From Octopus vulgaris (lineage: Eukaryota): a stretch of 64,000 nt of DNA. Position 1 is the stretch's first letter; each line of letters begins with the position of its first letter. Shown here piece after piece: positions 16,096 through 28,775 of this stretch. The notes below the pieces were generated by a model. The model was not told the DNA's origin, ran no database searches, and worked only from the letters and a program-made list of their open reading frames with translations. The position numbers and the translations under genes were made by a program. The stretch is taken from contig OX597820.1 in NCBI GenBank assembly GCA_951406725.2, positions 120,466,001 to 120,530,000 of the forward strand, read 5' to 3'.

Positions 16096-17139
16096 GGCTT
16101 ACACATGACTTGTATTCTGAAACCATTATAATATCGCTGATATTCTGCAATCGCAATATCGATACTGGAGATAGATGATGGTAGTTCTGTTGCTGTTGGT
16201 GATAGAACTCAAGTTGTTGTTGACTGTGTGAGAAGATATGGACAATATATATGGAGACAGAGTATACGTGATGTTGATCATCTTAACATTCTTACTGAAT
16301 GTATCCGTGACAGAGTTTGCAAAGCTGTTGGCGTCAGTGGTGGAAATGTTAATGAGGTTAAGCTTGGTGAAGCCGGTTGCATGATATATTTCAATGATTG
16401 ATATGTAAAAGTATATGAACCTATTGACGAACGGAAGATTTGCATGTATGAGATATAGCAGTGTAAATGCACTAATAATTGTTGCATTGTGAAAGACTGG
16501 AATGTGTGTATGTTCTGGGGAATATAAGGGTTCACAAAATCGTATAATAGTAATTCTGTTTAGTAAGAAATATCTGGAGAATATGATATACTAGATTTGT
16601 TTCATTGACAAGTTATACAACTGTCTGTCAATGAATGAGATTTAACTGCAGGTAAAGTTTTCCACCCGAACGCATAACGTAGGAATTTCTTTTAACGTTC
16701 GAGTATCTAGCGAACAAAAGAATTCTGATATCCTCTTGGGCACCGACCGGCAGCATGTCAAAATTGTATGCCACATAAAACTAGCTTATATAGTGTTTCG
16801 AAGCAAAATGTTGGACTTTACTATACATTTGGAGACAACGTGCATCGCATAAGAAGTTATATTTAGCGTACAGGATTTTCTAGACGTATTTTTTTCTTTG
16901 TGTAGTAAAGTGGGGAATTTGATGTAGCTTCTTTCTGACGCTGGTGCCGGACGGATTAAAATATTGTTTTGCAATTAATATATTTTTTTTAATATCTCAT
17001 CGAAACTCAGATATTGCACTTTGAGTGGATTTTAAAAAAAGGCTTCAAACATTTCTCTGAACTGTATATTCCAGAATTGTAAATATGGCGTGTGCTAGAT
17101 TCGAAAAACTGTATATTCCAGAATTGTAAATACCGTGTG

Positions 17140-17342
17140 AGCTAGGTTCGAAAAACCCGCGATAGATAAAAAATCCGCGAAGTATAAACAGTACTGTACT
17201 GTATTTCTAAAATTATAATTTATATACATTCATTTTATTGTAAATGCAAAGCAACACCACGGAGGAATCGACGGAAGCTTTAAGGATAAATCGCGATAGG
17301 CCAACCGCGATAGGTGAACCGCGATATGCCGTGTGATTACTG
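17140..17342. mobile_element. Tigger/pogo-like MITE fragment (one end)
   Basis: Repeated CCGCGATA motifs ending in ...GATTACTG-TA, typical of Tc1/pogo TIR ends with a TA target. Confidence 0.55.
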
Positions 17343-17604
17343 TATATACGAGTTTTCAGAAAGACGCATTTGTTTTTACGTGTGTATATCTATATGAGAA
17401 CATCATGTTTTTATTTGCGTGCTTCATTGTGAGTGAGTGCCCATGCACGTATCCGAAACCTTTTACGACTGTCCTGTAATTTTAGTGAGTTCTGTGAATT
17501 TTCTATATTGAAAATGAAAAGGTTTCATAGTGACCTATAAAGTGCCATACATTATGCAATATTTTAATCGGAAATATCAAGAAATCGAATTCCAAAACAA
17601 AATC

Positions 17605-17808
17605 GCTTAGTAGGCACATGTGGAATTGACGAAGTAGAGGGGCTTTCTCCGTCCGGGGTGAAGATGCCGACGACCGCTCGGTACAAATTCTCTCTTGACC
17701 AGAAATGTCCTGAACTCTTTGTATGACCACCCTCCCTGTACATAACTCCCTGTCCCCCAACATGGTCTCACCTTTGCTTTTTGAGCCAATAAAATTGAAT
17801 TGAATTGA
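17605..17808 (+). mobile_element. LINE-like 3' end with AATAAA and (ATTGA)n tail
   Basis: GC-rich UTR-like segment ending CCAATAAAATTGAATTGAATTG; rearranged homologue at 52390-52726. Confidence 0.65.
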
Positions 17809-18636
17809 AACTTCAGATGTGAATTCTTATGACCAACAACTGTTTTGTTATTTCGGCCTCTCGTTAAGAAATCCCTGGTACTCGCGTCCTACATCTAGGG
17901 AATTTGAAAACGAGTTATCATTTAAGTGAAGGAGCTACAGTTGATGGTTGCGTTTCGATTACAGCGTTACCCAAATACCTTTTTTTTCTGCAGCTCTTTC
18001 CGTGTGTTTTCTCATTTTGTAAACCGATGTTTTTGTTGTTTTGTAAACTGATGTTTTTGCTGTTTTCATTATTTAGCCAAGATCAATACTGAAATTACTT
18101 TCGTCTCATTAAACCGATTTCAAATGAGGCAGTCGCTATTTTTATTCCTCTGTTTCTACATCAATTGATTTCAGTTTTTTAGATGTCAGGTTACTATTTG
18201 TTGTTAGATGCTAGATATTTTTTCGCAGTTCTTGCCAACATGTAGACGACATTCAGTTGCAAGCTCCTGGGGACGGTTAAATTGCGGTTTCTGTTAATAT
18301 CAGGTCCTGTATGATTTATTTGGTCATAGATTGGAATATATATTTAAAAGCAATTTTTCAAAAGTGTAGGCTTTAGTACTCTTCTTTGCGAGTTATTAAA
18401 TCTATTAAATGATAACTTATTTTACAATAATTTCGTCTCTGTAATGCATCTTCACCATCCATCATTTCCATTAAACTTAATATCTTAATGCAAAATATAT
18501 TATTTAGGCTGGTTTACCATGTTTGATTTTGGTTTTTCTTTTTCGTTCTGTCTCTTGCGTAATATACACATATAATGTGTGTATTCCACTTACAAAAAAC
18601 AACAACAAAAAAATAATAACAAGCATTTATAAACTT

Positions 18637-18803
18637 AGGTGGAGACGTGACTGAGTGGTAGAAGGTTTGGCTCTCAGCCACATGGCATCAGGTCGACCAA
18701 ACTTTGTGAATAGATTTCGTAGACAGAAACTGAATGAAGCCCATCGTATATATATGTATGTATGTATATATATATATGTGCGCGCATGTGTGTATGCGTG
18801 CGC

Positions 18804-18858
<55 letters not shown>

Positions 18859-19080
18859 GTGTGTGCATTTGTGACTTTCTGTGTTTGTTCTCCGCCACCA
18901 CTTGACAACGTGTGTTGGTGTGTTTACGTCCCATTAACTTAGCGGTTCGGCAAAATAGAGCAATAGAATAAATACCAAACTTAAAATGTAAATACTGGGG
19001 ACAATTCGCTTGTTCATGTTTCTTCATTTTTCAAGTAGTTGCTGCAACATGGCCACAGTATGGCAATTGAAACGAGTAAA
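18637..19080 (+). mobile_element. Diverged SINE family C
   Basis: TTGACAAC..GGTGTGTTTACGTCCC..TTAGCGGTTCGGCAAAA blocks; degenerate head. Confidence 0.75.
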
Positions 19081-19602
19081 CACGCCTCACAGTTCTTCTT
19101 TTATTTAGTGTTACCTCTTTCTGATTTGAGTAAATGATATACATACATATACACACACAAATATACATACATACATACATACATACATACATACATACAT
19201 ACATACATACACACACACAGGTCATTGTTTTGTGAAATAACTCGAAAGGTTTTTCGCACAGCTTACATATATTAAAGGCAAATATCTGATTGGTTGTTGA
19301 GTTGGACTCTCAGAAACCTGTAAATAAAACAAGTGAAATAATTCCTTTCCAGGACTCTTGCTTATCAGATTGCATGTGGCTGTCAGTATTCCCAAACACC
19401 TGGAAGACACAATGTAGGTGTTCTCGAGAAAGGTTTAATATGATTGCACCCAGAAATTACATACAGAAGAGTAATACATTCTGTTGGGGTCGGTTTGTAT
19501 ATCATGGATGTCCAATGTAAGAAAATTATGAATTATCAACATGACTTTGTAATTGCTTCTAAAACTTGTTCCAGAACTGTCCCGGGAAATTCTATTACCA
19601 CT

Positions 19603-19635
<33 letters not shown>

Positions 19636-19637
19636 AA

Positions 19638-19838
19638 ATGTGACCGCGTGTGTACCGCTGGCGATTTTTTTCCTCTGTCTTCCCTTCTCTGGATCTTTCC
19701 TTTTCCTAAGTTTCCGACGAAGTGCTCCGCTCGAAACGTTAAACCCTCCTCCTTTCCTTCTTTCCTGAGCGTCCAATAATACTATATTTGTTCCACGTCC
19801 TCGCGTTGTTGTGTTTGTTTGTGTTTTGTTGTTTGGAT

Positions 19839-19842
<4 letters not shown>
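19638..19842 (+). mobile_element. (TA)n-embedded short element with degenerate minimal hammerhead (Penelope-like)
   Basis: GTTT-CCGACGA-A-GTGC-TCC-GCTC-GAAA-CG-TT-AAAC at 19710-19744; (TA)n on both sides. Confidence 0.55.
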
Positions 19843-19899
<57 letters not shown>

Positions 19900-19921
19900 A
19901 TGTATATATATATGTTTATAT

Positions 19922-20002
<81 letters not shown>

Positions 20003-20010
<8 letters not shown>

Positions 20011-20937
20011 TTAAAATTACTAAGTCTCTATAAAAAAGATTACGGCAGCGTTTACTAAATTAATTGTTATCGCCATATTAATATGCCATTCTTATAGATA
20101 TAAGAATAATCGCTGCCATGGTCACTCCATGAGGCCACGCCATATAGCAATTGATACACGATCTGTATCCATTATAACCTTCGAACAAGGGAGGTCAGCC
20201 GCTTCACACTAGTCCGATACAGACGCGTTTCGGGGTATTGCCCGTTGTCAATGTAGCGCAGTCAGACCTAGGTGTCGCCACTGACGTCTCTGTTCGAAGG
20301 CTTATATTATCTAGTTTCAGTGGAATACTCCACTTGTTTTCAATAATAGAAATATTAAAATTACTAAGTCTCTATAAAAGAGATTACGGCAGCGTTTACT
20401 GGAAATTAATTGTTATCGCCATATTAATATGGCATTCTTATAGATATAAGAATAATCGCTGCCATGGTCAGCTCCATGAGGCCACCGCCATCAAGATAGC
20501 TATTGATACACGATCTGTATCCATTATAACCTTCGAACAAGGGAGGTCAGCCGCTTCACACTGCCAGTCCGACAGCTACAGACGCGTTTCGGGGTATTGC
20601 CCGTTGTCAATGTAGCGCAGTCAGACCCGCAGGTGTCGCCACTGACGTCTCTGTTCGAAGGCTTATATTTACCTAGTTTCAGTGGAATACATCCACTTGT
20701 TTTCAATAATAGAAATATTAAAATTACTAAGTCTCTATAAAAGAGATTACGGCAGCGTTTACTGGAAATTAATTGTTATCGCCATATTAATATGGCATTC
20801 TTATAGATATAAGAATAATCGCTGCCATGGTCAGCTCCATGAGGCCACCGCCATCAAGATAGCTATTGATACACGATCTGTATCCATTATAACCTTCGAA
20901 CAAGGGAGGTCAGCCGCTTCACACTGCCAGTCCGACA
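20003..20937 (-). mobile_element. Retrozyme-like tandem array, ~363-bp unit, ~2.6 copies, inside (TA)n
   Basis: Units start at 20003, 20347 and 20710; each complete unit has a minus-strand hammerhead; many internal hairpins. Confidence 0.8.
20575..20616 (-). ncRNA. Type I hammerhead ribozyme motif (U3:A8 core variant)
   Basis: Minus strand GCTACA-TTGACAA-C-GGG-CAATAC-CCC-GAAA-CGCG-TC/TGTAGC; predicted cleavage between 20581 and 20580; a second copy with a shortened stem I at ~20218-20257. Confidence 0.75.
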
Positions 20938-20965
20938 TATATATATATGTCTGTGTGTGTGTGTC

Positions 20966-21256
20966 GAGGCGCAATGGCCCAGTGGTTAGGGCAGCGGGCT
21001 CGTGGTTGTAGGATCGCGGTTTCGATTCCCAGACCGAGCGTTGTGAGTGTTTGTTGAGCGAAAACACCTAAAGCTCCGCGAGGCTCCGGCAGGGGATTGT
21101 GGCGATCCCTGCTGTACGTTTTCACTACAACTCCCTCTCCCTGTTTCTTCTGTTGGCCTGCTCGCTTAGCCAGTGGGGTGGCATCATTTGAAGGCTAAAA
21201 CCAGCGATGTGTAGCAACATTTGATAGCCTGGTCGGTCACGGTGATCACGGTGATA
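20966..21256 (+). mobile_element. tRNA-derived SINE, family R, tail type 3
   Basis: Same head as 55371 but a different 3' part, ending GGTCACGGTGATCACGGTGAT. Confidence 0.8.
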
Positions 21257-21836
21257 TATATATATATATATATATACGTATATACACAACCTTTCTTTCT
21301 GTAACTCGATCTTACTACTACATAAGGTTTTTATGCCTTCATATTATATAAGGTTACATATCAGATCGATCAATGCATATGTTTCTAGATGTTCTCCTCT
21401 TGTAATAACTGACACCTGGAGTCAAAGGCAACGAATGGTGGTTGTCACAACAACTGAGATAAAAGAGTTCGTGCCTTGAAGAGGCTGCAGTCGAATACAC
21501 TTGTCATATGATGCCTCTCTTTGATGTAATGGTGTATATTTTTCTGCTCAAACACATGTAATCAGATAAGCTCATGTTTTAATTGGTAATACCAGATTTC
21601 CTCATTCATTTCATTTGCATATGGACGTTTTTGTCATTAGATGCTTGCTTTGTCTTTCAAGTAAACCAGGAATTGCAATAATTCAGGAATCCTTCGTCTA
21701 TGAAATACGACATGACTGCCAATATGTATAGCGGTCGAGGTTCTCCTAACGTGCCAGTGAATATTGGATCATGACGTAGTTCGGAGAAGCAGAAATACTT
21801 ATATTAGCAATACCACCGCCGCTACTGGACAGTGTT

Positions 21837-22119
21837 GTGGAAACACATGTCCTAGTGGTTAGAGCAGCGGACTCGCGGTCGAGGGATCGCGGGTTCGAAT
21901 CTCAGACCGGGTGATGTGTGTGTTTATGAGCGGCTCCGGCAGAAGATAATAGCGAACTTCTGCTGACTCTTTCGCCACAACTTTCTCTCACTCTTTCCTC
22001 CTGCATCTTGCAGCTCACCTGCGATGGACCAGCGTCCCGTCCAGGTGGGGAACCTATACGCCAAGGAAACCGGGAAACCGGCCCTTATGGGCCGGGCATG
22101 GCTCGAGAAGGAATAAACA
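21837..22119 (+). mobile_element. SINE family R, tail type 2
   Basis: Homologous to 7794; TSD ACTGGAC/AAGTGTT (13 bp, 1 mismatch). Confidence 0.85.
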
Positions 22120-22444
22120 ACTGGAAAGTGTTCTTCTGTTACTGACATATCTCTGTGTTCTTAACAAAATAAGAACATAACATAAGCTTTACTCGAATGA
22201 ATACTGTCGCTTATCAGACTTTCAACTATATACCTACTTTAAGCAATTTACGCACACTGCTATTTTGAACTAATGCTGCTTCCCTCGCTCATGAAGAATA
22301 TGTATATATATATATATATATAAGGTTGAAAAGGGACACACAAGTTGATATATATGAAAAAACAAGTCAAGAGAGAAAATGCTAAAATAATTTTATAAAG
22401 AACATTTCAGTACCGGTTTCTGTACTGAAATATATATATGTATA

Positions 22445-22861
22445 TACTCTTTTACACTTTTACTCTTTTACTTGTTTCAGTCATTTGACTGCGGTCATGC
22501 TGGAGCACCACCTTTTAGTCGAGCAAATCGACTCCGGGACTTATTCTTTGTAAGCCCAGTACTTATTCTATCGGTCTCTTTCGCCGAACCGCTAAGTGAC
22601 GGGGATGTAAACACACCAGCATCGGTTGTCAAGCAATGCTAGGGGGACAAACACAGACACACAAACACACACATACATATATATATATATACATATATAC
22701 GACGGGCTTCTTTTCAATTTCCGTCTACCAAATCCACTCACAAGGCATTGGTCGGCCCGGGGCTATAGCAGAAGACACTTGCCCAAGATGCCACGCAGTG
22801 GGACAGAACCCGGAACCATGTGGTTGGTTAGCAAGCTACTTACCACACAGCCACTCCTGCG

Positions 22862-22864
<3 letters not shown>
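22445..22864 (-). mobile_element. SINE family C
   Basis: Full-length homologue of 12950-13367. Confidence 0.9.
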
Positions 22865-22915
<51 letters not shown>

Positions 22916-23215
22916 TATACGTTTGTTCTTTATCCACGGTGAATAAAAAATGCTTCCATGTAATGAAAAAAGAATGAGGAACTCGTATTAAGGCGTCAAT
23001 ACATTTTCAAACGATTCACCGATCGGAATGTAGGGCAGTATATAGCAGACAGATATGAAGCTAACGTGTTTTGCCCAGATTTCAGTAGATATGTGCGATG
23101 ATTTTTGCATACAATATAAGAATATATACGAATATATACATATATATATATATATATACATATATCCATACACATGTGTACACATACACACACAGAAATA
23201 CGCGCATATACATGC

Positions 23216-23338
<123 letters not shown>

Positions 23339-23665
23339 GTAGAGCATTAAGGTGACGAAGACTGGCAATATTATACGGTTTTAACTCGACAATAGGTGTT
23401 AATGCAATAGCTATAAAAATTAATATTAAAATTAGTGTTCCAGCAGATAGTTTTATGGTTTTTATCATTTCCTTATCATCGTTCTATTCGTCTTCTCCAA
23501 AAAAATATTTCGATTTAGATGATTGGATAAATATTTCCCAAGAGTAATTTGCAATCATTTTTTTCATGTGTGTGTGTGTGGTTGTGCGTGGTTGTGGGAG
23601 TGTGTGTGCGTGAGTGTGTGTCCGTGTGTATATCTAATATATTTCGCTTATCATAGACGTATCTA

Positions 23666-23706
<41 letters not shown>

Positions 23707-25680
23707 TGATGCTTACTGCTACAAAATTACACACGTACCATGGGCGTGTGTGTGTGTGTGTGTATAGTTTGATGTGTGCGTAACACACTCATCTTTCTGT
23801 CGTTTTTTGTCGTAGTCGAGAGTGTGGATTGTTCTGTTAGACTTAGTGCCTCACTTTCAAGAACCTCGTGCTTATGTTAACGCAATACCTTTCGACAAGT
23901 ATCAACATACTGGAACTTTACTGCAAGCAAACACCACCCCTTTATGAACTTAACCACAGAACATTTTATCCTGCACTACTTTAGTTGATATCATTGTAGG
24001 TGAACATCACAGAGGAGATCAACGCTAAACACATTGTCTAACAAAGAGCTACTGCAAACTAAAAGCGAATCATTATCAGACAGCTGCAATTTTCATCGTC
24101 ATACACTGTCTGTCTCATTTGACGCGTACTGTAAGAAATATGAATCTATAGATCTCAATTCATTCTCTCCCAAAAGTTTCCGCAGATCTCCACCCCACAC
24201 AACGTCGCTTGGTTGTTGTGTAATCTTTATGTTAGCTGAAAAATAACTATGAGAGATCGGTAATTTTCACTTACTTCACAGAAAAGAAGAGAAGATTGGT
24301 TTCGATACAGAAAATGTAATCTATCTTATCAATGACGCGGAAAGCTCCAATGTTAAATACGATGAAAATACGTTATCAATATATGTTTCAGCAATGTCAA
24401 GCGAATCTCAGAGAAATACAGAACAGTCAGTGTCAGAGTTTCAAAGACTCAAAACAAATGAGTTGCCCGTTGCCTGTTTGCTGGAAGAAATCAAATACAT
24501 TTGGCCTTCCTCGAAAAATCGACTGTAAACATTCTAATTGTAGACGATACAAACATTCTAAAATACCCGGAAGATGTCCTCAAATAATAGGAACATCATT
24601 TTTCTTCTCCGCGGAAACTACATCCAGCATTGTCAATAAAGGACGTCTTTAAAAACGACCTACGTCAACCTGAATTCTATAGTGGATTCGGATTTCGTCA
24701 ATTCGACAATTGTAAAATGATAACAGCAATATTAAAGCAGGAAATGTTATACAACAGCCGTCTTCAATTCTTAAAATGCAAAGTACTGCCGTTGACAACA
24801 GTCGTTTGGATCCAGAAAAATATGGGAAAATTGATAAATCGCGAACTAAATTTATTATTCAGTTCTTTCTAACCATGTAGAGGAGAAACTGACGATCGTA
24901 AGAGCATAGTGAAAATGTCTCAGGTTTAGAGATTTATTTTGTTTACCAAAGTAGTTGTAACAATATGAAATATATTCGTAATCATCGGAGCAATTACATA
25001 AGCATTGCACAAGAGTGTTTTGTACTTGAAACCTCCTTTAGAAGTTACAGAAATTGTAACATCATTAACATGCATGTTCGTTTAGACAAAGAACCAAATT
25101 GAATACACCTGAACAAGCCGACACGTTGACGTTTGGGGCAATGACAGCATTCCTGATAATCCTGATACTAATTGCTGCATCAATGTTGCTTGAATTGCTA
25201 AGTAGATGATCCGCCCAAATTTAGATCCGTTCCCAGAAAAATAAACATAGGAGTAAAATCCTGAGAACGATGTTGTTATTGACCCCAAAAAGGGACGTAG
25301 TATATGAGGTCCTCCTACAGAAATGTGGCACATCTGAAATTATCAGTGCATGATTTTTGGCAAATGGTGAGTTTTGTACGACATTGTGCAGGTATAAGAG
25401 GTTACTCATTGTCTTCAAGCCCGAAGGAAAGACGAATTTATATACTGTGTCTTTGCACACTTCACAACAGACCGATGACGCAATGTAATGTGAGGCGGAA
25501 TAAAACAATCACCGCAAAGAATACCGGAAGTGCAATTGAAAATTATCTCCCCTTTGTCTTTATACCTTGTCAATGACGCAATAACATTAAACAATGAAAC
25601 ACGTTAATTTCTCGTGTACCTATTTGTATAACCAAGCAAGTCTTTTTTTTGTCAATGCCAATTGATTTCACCCTCTGCAT

Positions 25681-25979
25681 GTGGAGGCACATGGCCTAGT
25701 GGTTAGAGTAGTGATCGAGGGATTGCGGGTTCGAATCTCAGACCGGGTGGTGTGTGTGTTTATGAGCGAAAACAACTAAGCTCCACGCGGCTCCGGCAGA
25801 AGGTAATGGCGAACCTCTGCTGACTCTTTCATCACAACTTTCTCTCACTCTTTCCTCCTGCATCTTGCAGCCCACCTGCGACGGACTGGCGTCCCATCAA
25901 GGTGGAGAACATATACGCTAAGAAACCGGGAAACCGGCCCTTATGAGCCAGGCATGGCGCGAGAAGGAACAAACAAGAA
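25681..25979 (+). mobile_element. SINE family R, tail type 2
   Basis: Homologous to 7794; TSD ACCCTCTGCAT(G). Confidence 0.88.
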
Positions 25980-26599
25980 ACCCTCTGCATGACCAACACA
26001 ATCTGGGATCTTCAGTTGAAAATAACATTCCGCATCTATTTCTAAAATATTCACTACATTAACACATGTGCGTTCCTTAATTTAAACGTCCCGCTTATAT
26101 TGTGCCTGTATCGGTGTGAACTTGCTAGCCACCTCATTGTTACCTTATCAATATCATTAATAACGGTAATAATGCATCTTTATTTAAATTTATTCTTGCT
26201 CATGATAGTTTTCTTTTAAACGGAGTCGTACGTTTAAAGTAAGGAACGCAGACGAGCTAAAGTAGTGAATATTTCAGAAATAGATGAAGATCTCAGAGAA
26301 TATTGGTCATTCAGAGGGTGGAATTAATTGATATTGAAATAGACACTACTTACAACGAAAAGGTAAGACTATTTCACATATGTTCATTGCATGGCTCGTG
26401 TACATTATATTGTGAGCTTCTGGTGGTTTTAGAGCCTTGGCTCTGATTTTAGTAAATGGTATAGGAAGTGGTACACCCTTCAGAATCTCTCTATCTATCT
26501 ATGTAATATAAAAAAAAATATTTCCATAGTTTTCAAATGCAAGGGTCATCCTCTGTGTCTTTGACTCTCCTCTTTACCCTTGTGAGTTATACATACATG

Positions 26600-26647
<48 letters not shown>

Positions 26648-26653
26648 CATATA

Positions 26654-27061
26654 CAGGAGTGGCTGTGTGGTAAGTAGCTTGCTAACCAACCACATGGTTC
26701 CGGGTTCAGTCCCACTGCGTGGCACCTTGCGCAGGTGTCTTCTGCTATAGCCCCGGGCCGACCAATGCCTTGTGAGTGGATTTGGTAGACGGAAACTGAA
26801 AGAAGCCTGTCGTATATATGTATATATATATATATATGTATGTGTGTGTTTGTGTGTCTGTGTTTGTCCCCCTAGCATTGATTGACAACCGATGTTGGTG
26901 TGTTTACGTCCCCGTCACTTAGCGGTTCGGCAAAAGAGACCGATAGAATAAGTACTGGGCTTACAAAGAATAAGTCCCGGGGTCGATTTGCTCGACTAAA
27001 AGGTTGTGCTCCAGCATGGCCGCAGTCAAATGACTGAAACAAGTAAAAGAGTAAAAGAGTA
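26654..27061 (+). mobile_element. SINE family C
   Basis: Full-length homologue. Confidence 0.9.
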
Positions 27062-27075
27062 TATATATATACGCA

Positions 27076-28648
27076 CAATATCTTACAAAAGTATGTACAC
27101 CCCAAATAAATTTGAGTAAAATTGCTATTACTCTGGTAATATTGAAGGAAATCAAATGAAATTCATACTTAATAAATTATATTATACAAGCAAATATTAC
27201 ATAAATTTCGAAAATGAAACAATACAAGTTTTGAAAGATATGAACGAAATATTAATTTGCAAACGTTACAAAAATATGTACACCCTAAAGGAAAATTGCT
27301 GTATTCATTATTTTATCCACTTTATTTTTTACTAAATTGAGATATAGCTGATAATTTCAATGCTAATGAGATATTTCTCTTGGCATTTTTGTGCCGGTCA
27401 TTGTTATTGAAACGTCAGGAATTCTGATCTGTGTACCGTGGGGAAAATCTTCATTTTGATTAAAAGGAAAAGCATTGTCTGAAGATTTGAAGAAACTTAT
27501 TTTCAATTTGCACAAGAATGGTTTAGGATCCAAGTTAATTAGCAAACCAATACATATTAGCATAAACACAGCTGCCACAGTTATTCAGTAGTACAAAACT
27601 ACTGGACGGCTGAGCAATAAACATCGTCCAGGTAGACCTATTTTAACTGCGCGTTGTTTTCGCCACATTCAACGTTGCATGATGGACGACAGGTGTCGTA
27701 CCGCTTCATTTTTGGCCCAAGAAGTGTCTTCTGTTAGTGGAAAGAGTGTATCCACCCAAACTGATTGCTGAAGTTTGAACCAGTGTGGTCTTCATGGACG
27801 CATTCCTCGTAGGAAGCCTCTCCACACTACCAGGCATAAACCAAATCGTCTTTCTTTAGCCGAAACCTATGTGAGTAAAAGGAAGGAGTTTGGGAATAAA
27901 CGTGACTAAAATCAATTTGTTTGGGTCCGATGGTATTAAACGAGTATGGAGGCGACCAGGTGATGATATTAGTGGCAAATGTACTGTGCCTACCATGAAA
28001 CACGGTGGCGGAATTGTTATGCTTTGAAGATACATGAGTGCGGCTGGTGTGGGAGGTTCATAATTATTGAGAGAACAATGGATTCAAGGCTTTATTGTGA
28101 CATAATGCAGAAAACAATGCTGAGAAGCATGACTGCAATAGCAAGATATTCCATATTCCGACATCATAATGACGCTGAACACACTTCAAAGATGACGACT
28201 AAGTTTTTATAAGATAAAGACTTAAAGGTAAGCCTTGGCCTACCATGCCATAAGATTCAAATTCAATAGAATACCTGTGAGGTGTTTTGAAAAGAGAGGT
28301 TGAGGACAAAAACCCGCAATGTAACGCAGTTGGAAAGCATCATTCAGGCTGAAAGAAGGTCGATTTCATCGGTTATAGGCAGAAATTTAGACGACTCTAT
28401 GACCGGAATACTTCAGGGAAACACTTACAAATAATCCTTTAGGTTTTTCATGCTTTTGTATCGTTTGAAAATTAATATTCCGTTCATATCTTTCAAAATG
28501 TTCATTGTTTTGTGTTCCAAATTTCTATAGTTGTATGTATAATATATTCCATTCAGTAAAAATTTCATTTGATTTCCTTCATTATCATCAGAGCATTGGC
28601 AAATTTACAGAAATCTTTTAAGAGTGTAGATACTTCTGTGAGATACTG
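27076..28648 (+). mobile_element. Tc1-family DNA transposon, full span, decayed
   Basis: TIRs CAATATCTTACAAAAGTATGTACACCC / GAGTGTAGATACTTCTGTGAGATACTG-TA; inner direct repeat at ~27266-27287. Confidence 0.85.
27437..28430 (+). pseudogene. Tc1 DD34E transposase pseudogene
   Basis: Fragments EDLKKLIFNLHKNGLGSKLISK, RPGRP, TKINLFGSDGIKRVWRRPG, PTMKHGGG, FRHHNDAEHTSK; stops and frameshifts. Confidence 0.85.
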
Positions 28649-28715
28649 TATATATATATATATATATATATATATGCAATTGCATGGTATAAATACATAC
28701 TTAAATCTATACATA

Positions 28716-28775
<60 letters not shown>

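Noticed and set aside
16165-16400. Open frames on both strands as a possible exon
   Set aside because: No recognisable motif or convincing splice sites
20238-21011. 109-125-aa ORFs in the tandem array as protein genes
   Set aside because: They follow the repeat period, are broken in unit 1, and show no recognisable domain
23800-25600. Possible decayed transposon or gene in complex sequence (also 6500-7780 and 51000-52300)
   Set aside because: No diagnostic protein motifs or termini could be identified by eye
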